Assembly: GCA_039974975.1 (NCBI GenBank)
Contig: JBDWHY010000081.1
Span: 20,764 to 84,763 of the forward strand
Reading direction: 5' to 3'
Length of the DNA stretch: 64,000 bases
Source: Fuerstiella sp.
GTDB taxonomy: Bacteria; Planctomycetota; Planctomycetia; Planctomycetales; Planctomycetaceae
Shown: one piece after another, positions 1 to 9,985 of the stretch
Position numbering within the stretch: position 1 is the first letter of the stretch
Layout: each line of letters starts with the position of its first letter
Made by a program: the position numbers and the translations under genes
The notes under the pieces: model-generated
The model's database searches: none
The model's input: the letters and a program-made list of their open reading frames with translations, nothing else
What the model was told of the DNA's origin: nothing

Positions 1-1
1 T

Positions 2-313
2 ATGCGCTATTGCGTATGCGCCAGCCTCATGGCTGGACTATTTACAATCACCGGTTGTGCAGACTCTGGTTCGGCTCCCGCAGCCGTTGCCGTCGCTTCC
101 AATTCCATCTGCCCCATCATGGGGCATGCGGTAAAGGATGATGGTGGAAGAGTGGAGTTCGACGGCAAGACGATCGGATTTTGCTGTCCCAAATGCATCA
201 AAAAATGGGACGCCCTATCCACCGAAGACAAGGCGGAAAAGCTGAAGAACCCGCCAAGCGAAGAAGGTGATCATGGCGATCACGATCATGGCGACGAAGG
301 CGAATCTGCTTAA
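2..313 (+). CDS. TRASH/YHS-type metal-binding lipoprotein with His/Asp-rich tail
   Basis: ATG at 2. Signal peptide with lipobox LFTITGC. One CPIMG...GFCCPKC Cys module of the YHS/TRASH type. C-terminal GDHGDHDHGDEGE. Lies directly upstream of the RND adaptor and pump. Confidence 0.7.
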   Translation: MRYCVCASLMAGLFTITGCADSGSAPAAVAVASNSICPIMGHAVKDDGGRVEFDGKTIGFCCPKCIKKWDALSTEDKAEKLKNPPSEEGDHGDHDHGDEGESA

Positions 314-441
314 TCGAGTCACACTATGAGCGGTCAGCGGGGGCTGCCCTGATGGCACGGTTCCACGTTTCTCAGGCGTTCCTGTCTGACCGTTCACCTT
401 TTCATTCTTGTTGCTGATATCGCTCCTCGTGAGGATGACTC

Positions 442-2349
442 ATGCCTTCAACTCGCCCAAACACAACAATTCAACGACTCACGACTGTGCTGGCCTACGT
501 CGGGTTGCCACTCATGTTCTTCGTTGCCGGGGCCGGTCTGTTTATTGTGCTGGGGCTGATGCAACGATTCGGCTGGATCTCAGCGGGGGGAGGCTCCTTA
601 ACAGGTTCAGCGTCGGTTGCTGCTGACGTTGAATACATCTGCCCGATGATGTGCGTCCCGCCGATGAAAGAACCCGGTCGCTGTCCAAAGTGTGCCATGG
701 AACTTGTTCCTGCCACGGGAAACAGTGCTGGCGGAGACGATCGGTCGATTATTGTCGATCCGGCATCGCGGCGAGTTGCCAACATTCAAACGGTTTCGGT
801 GAAATCAAGATCCGTTGATCGGACCATCCGTTCCGTCGGTGAGCTGCAGTATGACGAAGGCAGTCTTAAGACGATCACCGCGTATTCCGGCGGCCGGATC
901 GAACAGTTGTTTGTTGACTACACAGGGGCCATCGTCCAGAAAGGCGATCGACTAGCGTTCTTGTACTCTCCTCAAGTGCATGCGGCTCAGGTGGAATTTC
1001 TTCAGACGGCGAAGATGCAAACCGGAGGCTCGCGACTGCAGGCCGTCGCAGAAGCCAACCGATTCCTGCAACGGAATGCTCGCCAGAAACTGGTTGAGCT
1101 GGGCATGAGTGAAACGCAAATCGCGGCGCTGGAACGCAACGGAAAACCAGACAGCCGACTCGACATTCTCGCACCGCTGGCCGGCACGGTGATCAATCGC
1201 ATGGTGTCTCAGGGGCAAACGGTCAAAGATGGCGAACCTCTGTTTCAATTGGCCGATCTTTCGTCCGTGTGGCTGATGCTGGAACTGTTTCCCCAGGACG
1301 CTGCTGCCGTCCGATACGGACAGCGTGTTGACGCCACACTGAAGTCGATCCCAGGAGAAACGTTCTCCGGGAGAATTGCTTTTGTTGATCCGGACGTCGA
1401 TCCGAAAACTCGAACAGTCAATGTTCGAGTGGTCATCGACAACAGCGACGGGCGACTGCGAATCGGTGACTACGCTCGCGCCGACATCGTGGTGCCGGTC
1501 GGCGGTTCGGATCGGAAGCAGATCTACGACCCTGAACTGGCGAGCAAATGGCTCAGCCCACGGCATCCCCACATCGTTTCTGACAAACCCGGCCAATGTC
1601 CAATATGCGGAGACGACCTGATTGCCGCGTCGAAATTGGGATTTACCGAGACGCCGCCGGTCGAAACCGAATCGCTGGTCGTGCCTCGGAACGCCGTGCT
1701 ACAGGCGGCGGGACACAGTGTGACTTATGTCGAAGAAGAGCTCGGTCGGTTTGCCATTCGCCGAGTCATCACGGGGCCAACCGTTGGCGATGAAATTGTG
1801 ATCGAACAAGGGCTCACGGCTGATGAGAAGATTGCGACTCGCGGAAACTTCCTACTGGATTCGCAGATGCAGCTTGCCGGGAATCCGTCTCTGATTGATC
1901 CCACGCGGGCCGCCGAACCGTTGAAAATGATTCCCGGGTTCGATGCCACGATGCTGGCGGCCATCCATATGCTTCCGGATGCCGATCAACCTGCGGCATT
2001 AGAACAGGTCATCTGCCCGGTCACCAAATTCAAACTGGGATCGATGGGCGTTCCGCCAAAGGTTTCGGTCGCTGGCAACGACATCTTTTTGTGCTGCGAA
2101 GGTTGTCGTGACAGCCTGATGGAAGACCCGCAAAGCTACGTCACCATGCTTGAAACCATGAAGGCGGAAGGCACGCTTCACGATGCCGAAAGCGACGATG
2201 CCGCTATGCCGGAATTACCGGCCCTCGGAGCCATCGAAGCTATCGAAGCCATTGACGATAGCGGGCTGCCACCAATGGGCGAGATGCAGTTTGTGCCACC
2301 ACCCGGGATTATCGAATCGACTGACTCAACGGAAGGTGATCAGCGATGA
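442..2349 (+). CDS. heavy-metal efflux RND periplasmic adaptor (CusB-like membrane fusion protein) with extra Cys metal-binding modules
   Basis: 635 aa with an N-terminal TM helix. Two heavy-metal-binding-domain-like motifs (YICPMMCVPPMKEPGRCPKCAMEL; GQCPICGDDL). MFP core (LAPLAGTVINRMVSQGQTVKDGEPLFQLADLS). C-terminal TRASH-like VICPVT...FLCCEGC. ATGA overlap with the pump start at 2346. Confidence 0.9.
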   Translation: MPSTRPNTTIQRLTTVLAYVGLPLMFFVAGAGLFIVLGLMQRFGWISAGGGSLTGSASVAADVEYICPMMCVPPMKEPGRCPKCAMELVPATGNSAGGDDRSIIVDPASRRVANIQTVSVKSRSVDRTIRSVGELQYDEGSLKTITAYSGGRIEQLFVDYTGAIVQKGDRLAFLYSPQVHAAQVEFLQTAKMQTGGSRLQAVAEANRFLQRNARQKLVELGMSETQIAALERNGKPDSRLDILAPLAGTVINRMVSQGQTVKDGEPLFQLADLSSVWLMLELFPQDAAAVRYGQRVDATLKSIPGETFSGRIAFVDPDVDPKTRTVNVRVVIDNSDGRLRIGDYARADIVVPVGGSDRKQIYDPELASKWLSPRHPHIVSDKPGQCPICGDDLIAASKLGFTETPPVETESLVVPRNAVLQAAGHSVTYVEEELGRFAIRRVITGPTVGDEIVIEQGLTADEKIATRGNFLLDSQMQLAGNPSLIDPTRAAEPLKMIPGFDATMLAAIHMLPDADQPAALEQVICPVTKFKLGSMGVPPKVSVAGNDIFLCCEGCRDSLMEDPQSYVTMLETMKAEGTLHDAESDDAAMPELPALGAIEAIEAIDDSGLPPMGEMQFVPPPGIIESTDSTEGDQR

Positions 2350-5300
2350 AGTGGCTGCTGACATTCTGCCTGCGAGAACGCTTACTCGTTTTACTGGCCA
2401 TGTTCGGCTTGATTGCCGCTGGTTGGTACGCGGCCCAAACGGTTCCGATCGATGCCATTCCCAACGTCGGTGAGAATCAGGTGATTGTTCTGACCGAATG
2501 GGTGGGACGGTCTCCCAAGGACATCGAAGACCAGGTGACGTATCCCCTGTCCGTCGCTTTGCAGGCTGTGCCTGGTGCCAAAAGTGTTCGTGGCAAGAGC
2601 ATGTTTGGCTTTAGCTTTGTGCAGGTCACGTTTGGCGACGACATCGATTTCTATTGGGCCCGCTCACGCGTCTCTGAACAGCTCACCACTGTTGCCGGGT
2701 CGCTGCCGGATGACGTCAGTCCCGTGCTGGCACCGGATGCGACGGCTCTGGGACAGATTTACTACTACGTCCTTGAACCGCCCGCGGGCATGGACTTAGC
2801 CGAACTCAGGTCGAAGCAGGACTTCTTCGTGAAGTATTCGCTGCAGTCCGTGGAAGGCGTTGCTGAGGTCGCGTCGATTGGTGGTTACGTTAAGCAATAC
2901 CAGATCGACGTTGACCCCGACGAACTGCGGTACCACAACCTTCCATTAAGTTCCGTCATCAGTGCAGTCAAAGCGTCAAACATCGACGTCGGTGCTAAAA
3001 CGATTGAACAAAGCGGCATGGAATTTATCGTTCGTGGTCGCGGTTTCATTGGTTCTGGAAAGTCCGAAGCTGAGACCATCGAACAGATCAACGACACAGT
3101 CGTGGCCACGCGTGATGGTGTCCCCGTCACCATCGGTCAACTGGCCGCAGTGCAGACTGGTCCATCATTTCGTCGCGGCGCGCTGGACTTTAACGGGCAG
3201 GAAGCGGTCGGCGGTGTCGTCGTGATGCGGTACGGTGAGAACCCTCGTGCAGTCATTAATCGACTTGAAGAAAAGATTGCCTCGCTGGAAAAAGACCTCG
3301 GCGGCATTCGCATCGTCGGGGTCTACGACCGCACGACGTTGATCGACGAAACCATCGGAACGCTGACGACGGCGCTCACGGAAGAAACCATCATCACAAT
3401 CATTGTGATGATTCTGTTTCTGCTGCACGTCCGAGCCAGCCTGATCATTGCCATAACGCTGCCGACAGCCGTGTTGATGTCATTTATTGCGATGAGGCTG
3501 TTTGGAGTCGACGCCAACATCATGTCGCTGGCGGGTATTGCGATCGCCATCGGCACGATGGTCGACATGGGCATCATCGTGCTGGAAAACATCTACGAAG
3601 GGCTGGCTGAATGGGAATCGGCCCAGGTATCCGGGGACCGCACATCCGTAAAAACTGGTGCCACGCAGTTCGACGTCATTCGCGACTCGGCTGCAGAAGT
3701 CATTCCCGCAGTGATGACTGCTGTGACGACAACCATCGTCAGTTTTCTGCCCGTCTTCTTCCTGACAGGACGCGATCATCGAATGTTTTCCCCGCTGGCA
3801 TGGACAAAAACATTTGCACTCGCCTCCAGCCTGATTGTTGCCGTGACGCTCGTTCCGATGCTGTGCCGCATGCTGCTGACCGGTGGCAAAAAGAAGACGT
3901 TTACGACAGTCGCCTCATCTCTTGGACTCGCCGTCCTGCTGACATCTCTCGCTTATTTGTGGCGAACACAACTGTCGGCGGCGACGCACGTGCCGGTGAG
4001 TCTGTTGCTGCTGCTTGCTGTCTGTGTCGGCTTGTTTGTCGGATGGTGGATGTCGCGCGAACGCGTGCGGTCAATGGAAGAAAACCCCGTCAGTCGATTT
4101 GTCCGCTGGCTGTACGGTGGACGGTTGCAGTTCGCCCTGAATCACAAACTGATCGCATTGGCATTTCCTGCGACCATTCTATTCGTCGGACTTGGAGCGT
4201 GGCAGGGCTTTCCCACAATTTTGCAGCCGGTCGAACGGTTTGCCCGCAGCATGGGCGCGGAATTGAACAACGTGCCCGGCTACGTGGACGCCAAACACAC
4301 TTTCACGGGGCTAAAAAGTGACGACTGGATCGCTCTGGACGAAGGCAGTTGGTTTTACATGCCCAGTCTTTACCCGGCCGCCGGGTTTACTCAGGCGATG
4401 GAAGTCCTGCAGACTCAGGATGCCATGATCAAGCAGATTCCGGAAGTCGCGAATGTGCTTGGCAAGATTGGTCGAGTCGAATCGGCGCTCGATCCGGCAC
4501 CGGCCGCGATGATCGAAACCTACATCATGCTGACGCCAAAGTCCGAGTGGCGCGAGGGCGTGACAGAACGATCAATCTGGGACGAAATCAACAAAGTGGC
4601 CACCGTTCCCGGAGTCACTCCGGCGTCGCCGCTGCAACCGATTGAAGGTCGAGTCGTGATGCTGCAAAGCGGTATCAAGGCTTCAATGGCAATCCGAATT
4701 TACGGCGACGATCTGCAGGGGCTTTCTGAAGCGGCTCTGGCAGTTTCCGACCATCTCAAGTCGCTTCCCATGGTCAACGCGGGAACCGTCAGCCCGGATA
4801 TCGTGATGGGCAAACCGTACGTTGAATTCGAAGTCGATCGCAAAGAAGCGGCTCGCTACGGCATGAATACCATGATGGTGAATCAGATTGTCGCGGCAGG
4901 ACTGGGGGGGCTTGACGTCACCGAGACCGTCGAAGGACGCGAACGCTACCCGATTCAGGTGCGATTCGATCGCAGCGTGCGAGACCACGTGGAGGACATG
5001 AACGAAGTTGCGGTGGTGACGGAGACAGGCGAAGTCGTGCCGCTCAAACACCTCGCGTCGATGACTCAGGTCTGGGGACCCGGAGCGATCAACAGCGAAG
5101 ACGCTCGACTGGTCGCCCACGTTTCGTTCTCGCCCGCTCGGCAGGGAGGTGATCTGGAAACGGTTGAGGCCGTGATGGCATCATTGACGGAGGCCCGAAA
5201 CGCGGCATCGGCGAATCCACAGGACACCAGCAAAGGCCTGTACTTTCCAGACGGCAACTTTGAATTGCAGGCGGTCGGTTCCTTTCAAAATCAGATCGAA

Positions 5301-5879
5301 GCCAATCAACGGCTGATGTGGATCATTCCGATGGTGGTACTGATCAACCTGCTGTTGCACTACCTTCACTTCCGCGATCTTCCGTTGTCACTGGTTGTGT
5401 TCTCAGGCATTCCCTTCGCAGCGGCGGGAGGCATGATTTGCGTGGCAGTCATGGGAGTCGACACAAACACGGCCATGTGGGTCGGCTTCATCGCATTGTT
5501 TGGCCTCGCCGCCGACGATGGAATCGTGATCGCAACGTACATGAAAACAGTGCTCGACGAACGAGACATCCGCAGCGTTGCAGAACTTCGTGAAGCCATC
5601 TACTTCGCAGGCCTCAAACGAGTCCGTCCCTGCCTGATGACCACAATCACCACACTGGCCGCTCTGGTACCAGTCCTGATCTCCACGGGGCGAGGTGCCG
5701 ATGTCGCACGAGCAATGGCGCTGCCGGTGTTCGGAGGAATGCTGATTGAACCGTTCACGTCGTTCATCGTGCCCACTCTGTACTGCGCTTATCGAGAATT
5801 CATGATGCGAACCGGGCTGGAACAGGTTCCGGAAAGAGCGCCTGTGGCAACGTCAAACGTCACGGAAGCACCTCAATAA
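2346..5879 (+). CDS. CusA/CzcA-family heavy-metal efflux RND inner-membrane pump
   Basis: 1177 aa. RND layout with two large periplasmic loops between TM bundles. Family-typical stretches NVGENQVIVLTEW, AIAIGTMVDMGIIVLENI, GLAADDGIVIATYM. Translationally coupled to the adaptor. Confidence 0.93.
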   Translation: MKWLLTFCLRERLLVLLAMFGLIAAGWYAAQTVPIDAIPNVGENQVIVLTEWVGRSPKDIEDQVTYPLSVALQAVPGAKSVRGKSMFGFSFVQVTFGDDIDFYWARSRVSEQLTTVAGSLPDDVSPVLAPDATALGQIYYYVLEPPAGMDLAELRSKQDFFVKYSLQSVEGVAEVASIGGYVKQYQIDVDPDELRYHNLPLSSVISAVKASNIDVGAKTIEQSGMEFIVRGRGFIGSGKSEAETIEQINDTVVATRDGVPVTIGQLAAVQTGPSFRRGALDFNGQEAVGGVVVMRYGENPRAVINRLEEKIASLEKDLGGIRIVGVYDRTTLIDETIGTLTTALTEETIITIIVMILFLLHVRASLIIAITLPTAVLMSFIAMRLFGVDANIMSLAGIAIAIGTMVDMGIIVLENIYEGLAEWESAQVSGDRTSVKTGATQFDVIRDSAAEVIPAVMTAVTTTIVSFLPVFFLTGRDHRMFSPLAWTKTFALASSLIVAVTLVPMLCRMLLTGGKKKTFTTVASSLGLAVLLTSLAYLWRTQLSAATHVPVSLLLLLAVCVGLFVGWWMSRERVRSMEENPVSRFVRWLYGGRLQFALNHKLIALAFPATILFVGLGAWQGFPTILQPVERFARSMGAELNNVPGYVDAKHTFTGLKSDDWIALDEGSWFYMPSLYPAAGFTQAMEVLQTQDAMIKQIPEVANVLGKIGRVESALDPAPAAMIETYIMLTPKSEWREGVTERSIWDEINKVATVPGVTPASPLQPIEGRVVMLQSGIKASMAIRIYGDDLQGLSEAALAVSDHLKSLPMVNAGTVSPDIVMGKPYVEFEVDRKEAARYGMNTMMVNQIVAAGLGGLDVTETVEGRERYPIQVRFDRSVRDHVEDMNEVAVVTETGEVVPLKHLASMTQVWGPGAINSEDARLVAHVSFSPARQGGDLETVEAVMASLTEARNAASANPQDTSKGLYFPDGNFELQAVGSFQNQIEANQRLMWIIPMVVLINLLLHYLHFRDLPLSLVVFSGIPFAAAGGMICVAVMGVDTNTAMWVGFIALFGLAADDGIVIATYMKTVLDERDIRSVAELREAIYFAGLKRVRPCLMTTITTLAALVPVLISTGRGADVARAMALPVFGGMLIEPFTSFIVPTLYCAYREFMMRTGLEQVPERAPVATSNVTEAPQ

Positions 5880-5909
5880 ACGCTCTCCTTTTTCCAATGG
5901 AATAAACTG

Positions 5910-6743
5910 ATGAAACGTCAATTTTCTCTGCTGCTGATGCTGACCTGCATTTCCCTTTGCCCGACAGTCCATGCTGATGATTCGTTACCGGAGTCGACCA
6001 AGGCACTGTCGCGACACGATCAGCTGAAAATTGCGGCTCAGAAGATCTGCCCTGTCATGGGCAAACCGCTGGGCAGCATGGGTTCACCAATCAAAGTCAA
6101 GATTGGCGAGCAGGAACTGTTTCTATGCTGCGAAGCCTGCCGGTCGAAGCAGGTCGATCGACAACATTGGGCCACGATTCACGCGAACTTCCGCGATGCA
6201 CAAAAGAAGTGTCCGGTGATGGAGAAGCCACTCCCCGCCAACGCCAAGTCTACGATTGTCAACGGACAGCTCTTCTACACCTGCTGCCCGCCCTGCGTCG
6301 ACAAGATCAAGGCTGATCCCAAAAAGTATCTCGAAAAGCTCGATGCGTTTTATGCCGCAAGCCTTGCCGTCCCGCAAACTCACGACGAAATCAAGATAGC
6401 GGTCCAGAAGATCTGTCCCGTAATGGGCAAACCGCTCGGCAGCATGGGGAAACCGATCAAAGTAAAAATCGGTGACGAGGAATTGTTTCTGTGCTGCGAA
6501 GCGTGCAGAAAGAAGCAGGTTGACAGAACACACTGGGCGACCATTCACACGAACTTCCGAGAGGCTCAGGGTACGTGCCCGATCATGGGGAAATCGCTTC
6601 CTACAGACGCAAAGTGGACGTTCATCAACGGCAATATCATTTATGTCTGTTGCCCGCCCTGCATCGAAAAGATCAACGCGAAGCCCGAACAGTATCTGTC
6701 AGAACTGGACGACCTTTACCACGCAGCGATTTCGGATCGCTAG
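5910..6743 (+). CDS. secreted protein built from four TRASH/YHS-type Cys modules
   Basis: Signal peptide MKRQFSLLLMLTCISLCPTVHA. Four CP(V/I)M.K...CC(E/P).C modules. The two halves of the protein are near-repeats at both protein and DNA level. Confidence 0.85.
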   Translation: MKRQFSLLLMLTCISLCPTVHADDSLPESTKALSRHDQLKIAAQKICPVMGKPLGSMGSPIKVKIGEQELFLCCEACRSKQVDRQHWATIHANFRDAQKKCPVMEKPLPANAKSTIVNGQLFYTCCPPCVDKIKADPKKYLEKLDAFYAASLAVPQTHDEIKIAVQKICPVMGKPLGSMGKPIKVKIGDEELFLCCEACRKKQVDRTHWATIHTNFREAQGTCPIMGKSLPTDAKWTFINGNIIYVCCPPCIEKINAKPEQYLSELDDLYHAAISDR

Positions 6744-6854
6744 ACGCTTCTTCTTGTTCCCCAACGCAACTTCACAGCGCATGGCATAACTCACAGGCGA
6801 CTGGCGCCGTGGACGCTACCGCTCATCGATTCAATACGACGACATAGGTATGCA

Positions 6855-7880
6855 ATGACACAACCTCCACAGGCTAACAACTCCTCTTACGGGAACTTTA
6901 AGAATCCTCTCGGGCTATTGTACCGAATGCTCACTTCAGGAAAGCGTCCAGCATACGCCGCGCTTCTTCGCGAAGGGCTTGGAATCGCCGCCAAGCCTAT
7001 TGATGCTGTACTGGCTTTAACGGAGCGAAAAACGATTGAGACTGCTACTGGACCTGATAGCCCGCTGATTCTTATCGTTGGACCTCCCAGGAGTGGCACA
7101 ACTTTAATCTACCAGGCTTTTGCCTACTGTCTGGATGTGACCTTTCCCAGCAATCTTAGCAGTGTGTTTGCTAAGTCGCCCATGACAGTAAATCGATTTG
7201 CGGGCAAACAATCCGCAGATTTTGGCAGTTACTTTGGCCAGACATCTCGGATGAGTGGACCAAATGACGCCTTCCACATTTGGAATCGGTGGCTGGGGGA
7301 AGATCGATACACAACGCGAACCGATCTTTCACCCGAAGAAATTCTCTCTATGCGGCAGTTCTTCGCGGCGTGGGCCGACAAGTTCCAAAAGCCGTTCCTT
7401 AACAAGAACAATCGTAATGTTCACTGTATCAATTACCTTGCTGAACACCTGCCCAATGCGTTTTTTGTAGGCGTTCTTCGAAATCCTGCATGCGTTGCTC
7501 GCTCTTTGATACACGCTCGTAAAGCGGTGCAGGGTGACAAGACCATTGGATGGGGACTTCAATGTCAGGAAAAGCATTGTCACGAATATCCACTGGGCTA
7601 CGTACAGGATGTCTGTGATCAGGTCATGCGAAATCAAAGCGAACAGTTGGACAGCTTCAATGAACTTTCTGCTGCACGATTCGTCCAAATTCAATACGAA
7701 CAGTTTTGTGACCGACCAGATGAATGTCTCGATGAAGTTGCAGCACACATTCCTCAGCTCAAACGAAGAAAAGACTCCGTTTGCCTTGGCAAAGGTACCT
7801 TTAGCGTTTCCAGGTCAGTGCCACTAAGCGACGCGGAAGAGGAAATAATTCACAAGAATTTCCCTGCAAGTGGCGTTTAG
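6855..7880 (+). CDS. sulfotransferase-family protein
   Basis: 341 aa. PAPS-binding P-loop-like IVGPPRSGTTL. No signal peptide. The rest of the assignment rests on overall resemblance only. Confidence 0.6.
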   Translation: MTQPPQANNSSYGNFKNPLGLLYRMLTSGKRPAYAALLREGLGIAAKPIDAVLALTERKTIETATGPDSPLILIVGPPRSGTTLIYQAFAYCLDVTFPSNLSSVFAKSPMTVNRFAGKQSADFGSYFGQTSRMSGPNDAFHIWNRWLGEDRYTTRTDLSPEEILSMRQFFAAWADKFQKPFLNKNNRNVHCINYLAEHLPNAFFVGVLRNPACVARSLIHARKAVQGDKTIGWGLQCQEKHCHEYPLGYVQDVCDQVMRNQSEQLDSFNELSAARFVQIQYEQFCDRPDECLDEVAAHIPQLKRRKDSVCLGKGTFSVSRSVPLSDAEEEIIHKNFPASGV

Positions 7881-7945
7881 CACGAAGACCCGCCTTTGGA
7901 TTCATTGCCATATTCCAGGCATCAGCGACCAGAATTGGATCGACC

Positions 7946-9580
7946 TTACTTGACGAGAGATCCGCTTGTCAGATCCGACTTCAGAAAATCTTGTTTCACC
8001 TTGAAGACAAATAACTGGACCTTCCTGGAGTGTGGGACCGTCGATTGAACCTGAACGGTTTTGATTACAGGGAATGTGTCAGGCATAGACCGAATCAACC
8101 GTCGCATCTGTTCTGAAATTCTGATCTCCCCATACGGTTGTGGATCTTCAAAGATGATGCACCGAGCGTCCAATCGATTGATCTCGCGAAGGATTTCATG
8201 GTCTGTGGACACAAATTGTTCGAAGTCAACATTCGGGACGTTTGTGAAGCTGTAGAGTTCTTTATCGGCCCTTAAGACGTTGCGTTGCCGGTTAGGATCA
8301 AGATGACGAAGATGGTAAGTAATATTTCCATCCCACCACCCTTCAATGAGGATGCGGTCATTGGGTTCCGTATGCGTGATCGCAACTTGAGCTGCATCAG
8401 CGTAGCCCGTAACGCGATAGACGGGTTGGAGAAATGATGTGATTGCCGTTGCCAACAACAGGCAGAATTTCACAACGAAGACGGAACCTTTCCTCGAAAA
8501 AAAAGAGGCGAACTTACTCAATTGGTGACCGAATTCTTCAGCCCCAATCGCCGCAAGCCATGCAAGGGCGGGCAACCAGTAGATCGTATGTCGAGATGTC
8601 AGTTCTGCCAGAGGAGTAAACGTGAGAAACGTTGCAAGAAGTATCGAGGCAAAAACTGGAAGTGCGGATCTGTTTTGACATCTGAGACAGGCAAATATTC
8701 CTACCGTCACCAGAAATGTCGAAACCCAACCGACTTGCGATAAAACACACGAGGGATAAAAGAGAATCCGGCCGAGCAGTGTTTGCGGGCTTTCGCGGCC
8801 AGAAACGCTCTCTGCCGCCTGTCTCATATGCAACTCTCCCAGCTCACTCCAAATCAGGATGTAAGTTGGTGCGACGATTGCAATTGCCAAGCAGGCAGCC
8901 ACCAGAATGTGACGGCTCGCCAGCCGCTTATACTGTCCTTGAAAAGCCACCTGGAATATCAACATAGGGACAAGCACAACAGCATCGAATCTTGTCAGCG
9001 CAGCAATTGCCGCCGCTATTGCAGCTAAGTAAAGGCTTCTTTTGCGTTCTTTGGCCAGCCATTGATCAAACTGATCCAGGCAAAGCAGACACAAAGCGAG
9101 AGTTGGCATTTCCAACATCACATAGCGGCTGAATTCAAAGACAAGAGGCATTAGTCCGAAAAGTGCAGCCACAAAGGACGCCTGCTCAATCGGCATTCGC
9201 CTTCGGCAGAGCCTCATCAGGCACCATGTTGCCAAAACACAACTGAGAAGTACCAGGACCCGTGGCACTGCGACTGATGTCCCGAAGACCACCATCGCCA
9301 GCCCGGACGTTGCATGGAACATCGGCGGCCAGACAAGAAGACCAAGTGCCGGATACTGTTCGTTGTAGTCTTCAGCGTACTGACGTGGAGCAGACGATGG
9401 TTGATCTACGAGGAAGTCTCGGAAGAAGACAGAAGTCATTACATGGCGATTTGAGTCACCGTTGAAGACGGGTTCCTGCGGCCTTTGAACCACAAAATGC
9501 AGAATCACGACGAGTCCGAAAGCCAGCCAGTGTCCGTTGCGAAACGGTATTTGCTTGCTGAACTGAATTTTGCGAGACAT
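7946..9580 (-). CDS. polytopic membrane glycosyltransferase, GT39/ArnT-like (GT-C type)
   Basis: The ORF is open from 9742, but the most plausible ATG is at 9580 (MSRKIQF). Many TM helices in the N-terminal two thirds are followed by a soluble C-terminal domain, the layout of PMT/ArnT enzymes. Family call is by architecture only. Confidence 0.55.
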   Translation of the reverse strand: MSRKIQFSKQIPFRNGHWLAFGLVVILHFVVQRPQEPVFNGDSNRHVMTSVFFRDFLVDQPSSAPRQYAEDYNEQYPALGLLVWPPMFHATSGLAMVVFGTSVAVPRVLVLLSCVLATWCLMRLCRRRMPIEQASFVAALFGLMPLVFEFSRYVMLEMPTLALCLLCLDQFDQWLAKERKRSLYLAAIAAAIAALTRFDAVVLVPMLIFQVAFQGQYKRLASRHILVAACLAIAIVAPTYILIWSELGELHMRQAAESVSGRESPQTLLGRILFYPSCVLSQVGWVSTFLVTVGIFACLRCQNRSALPVFASILLATFLTFTPLAELTSRHTIYWLPALAWLAAIGAEEFGHQLSKFASFFSRKGSVFVVKFCLLLATAITSFLQPVYRVTGYADAAQVAITHTEPNDRILIEGWWDGNITYHLRHLDPNRQRNVLRADKELYSFTNVPNVDFEQFVSTDHEILREINRLDARCIIFEDPQPYGEIRISEQMRRLIRSMPDTFPVIKTVQVQSTVPHSRKVQLFVFKVKQDFLKSDLTSGSLVK

Positions 9581-9910
9581 AGAGTCGCCAGTAAATGGTC
9601 TGCGATATACAGGTACCCATTGACTTATATGCAAAATTCCTCTGCGTGGAAGACTCATGCTCCAACCACGAGTATCGTCATTGAAATTGGATCTGATTGC
9701 TCGGGGCGATATCGATGTCGACTCCAACGGGACAAGCCTCACACAGCCAAGCCTATGACACTCTTGTCCTCCACCCGGATGCTGAATTCTAACACGAATT
9801 GCTTGTACGTCGCGTTGCTAAATCGTTTTCGAAGCAACTGCTCAGCCAATTCTGATTTCTGCCTGACAAGTCTCAACGATCACTGCGAGCAGCGGGGGCG
9901 ATGAAACCCC

Positions 9911-9936
9911 AAAAAGACCACGTGCATCACGTGGCC
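9911..9936 (-). terminator. rho-independent terminator of the 9986-10471 gene
   Basis: Minus strand reads GGCCACGTG-ATG-CACGTGGTC (9-bp stem including one G-U) followed by TTTTT, 50 nt after the stop codon. Confidence 0.6.
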
Positions 9937-9985
9937 TTTCTTCGTTTCGAGGGGTGAGAAATCGAATGCCGCAGATCATGCGAAC

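Noticed and set aside
442-5879. Many antisense and out-of-frame ORFs (60-236 aa) inside the adaptor and pump genes
   Set aside because: All are nested in long, strongly supported RND genes and have low-complexity Arg/Ser/His-rich translations.
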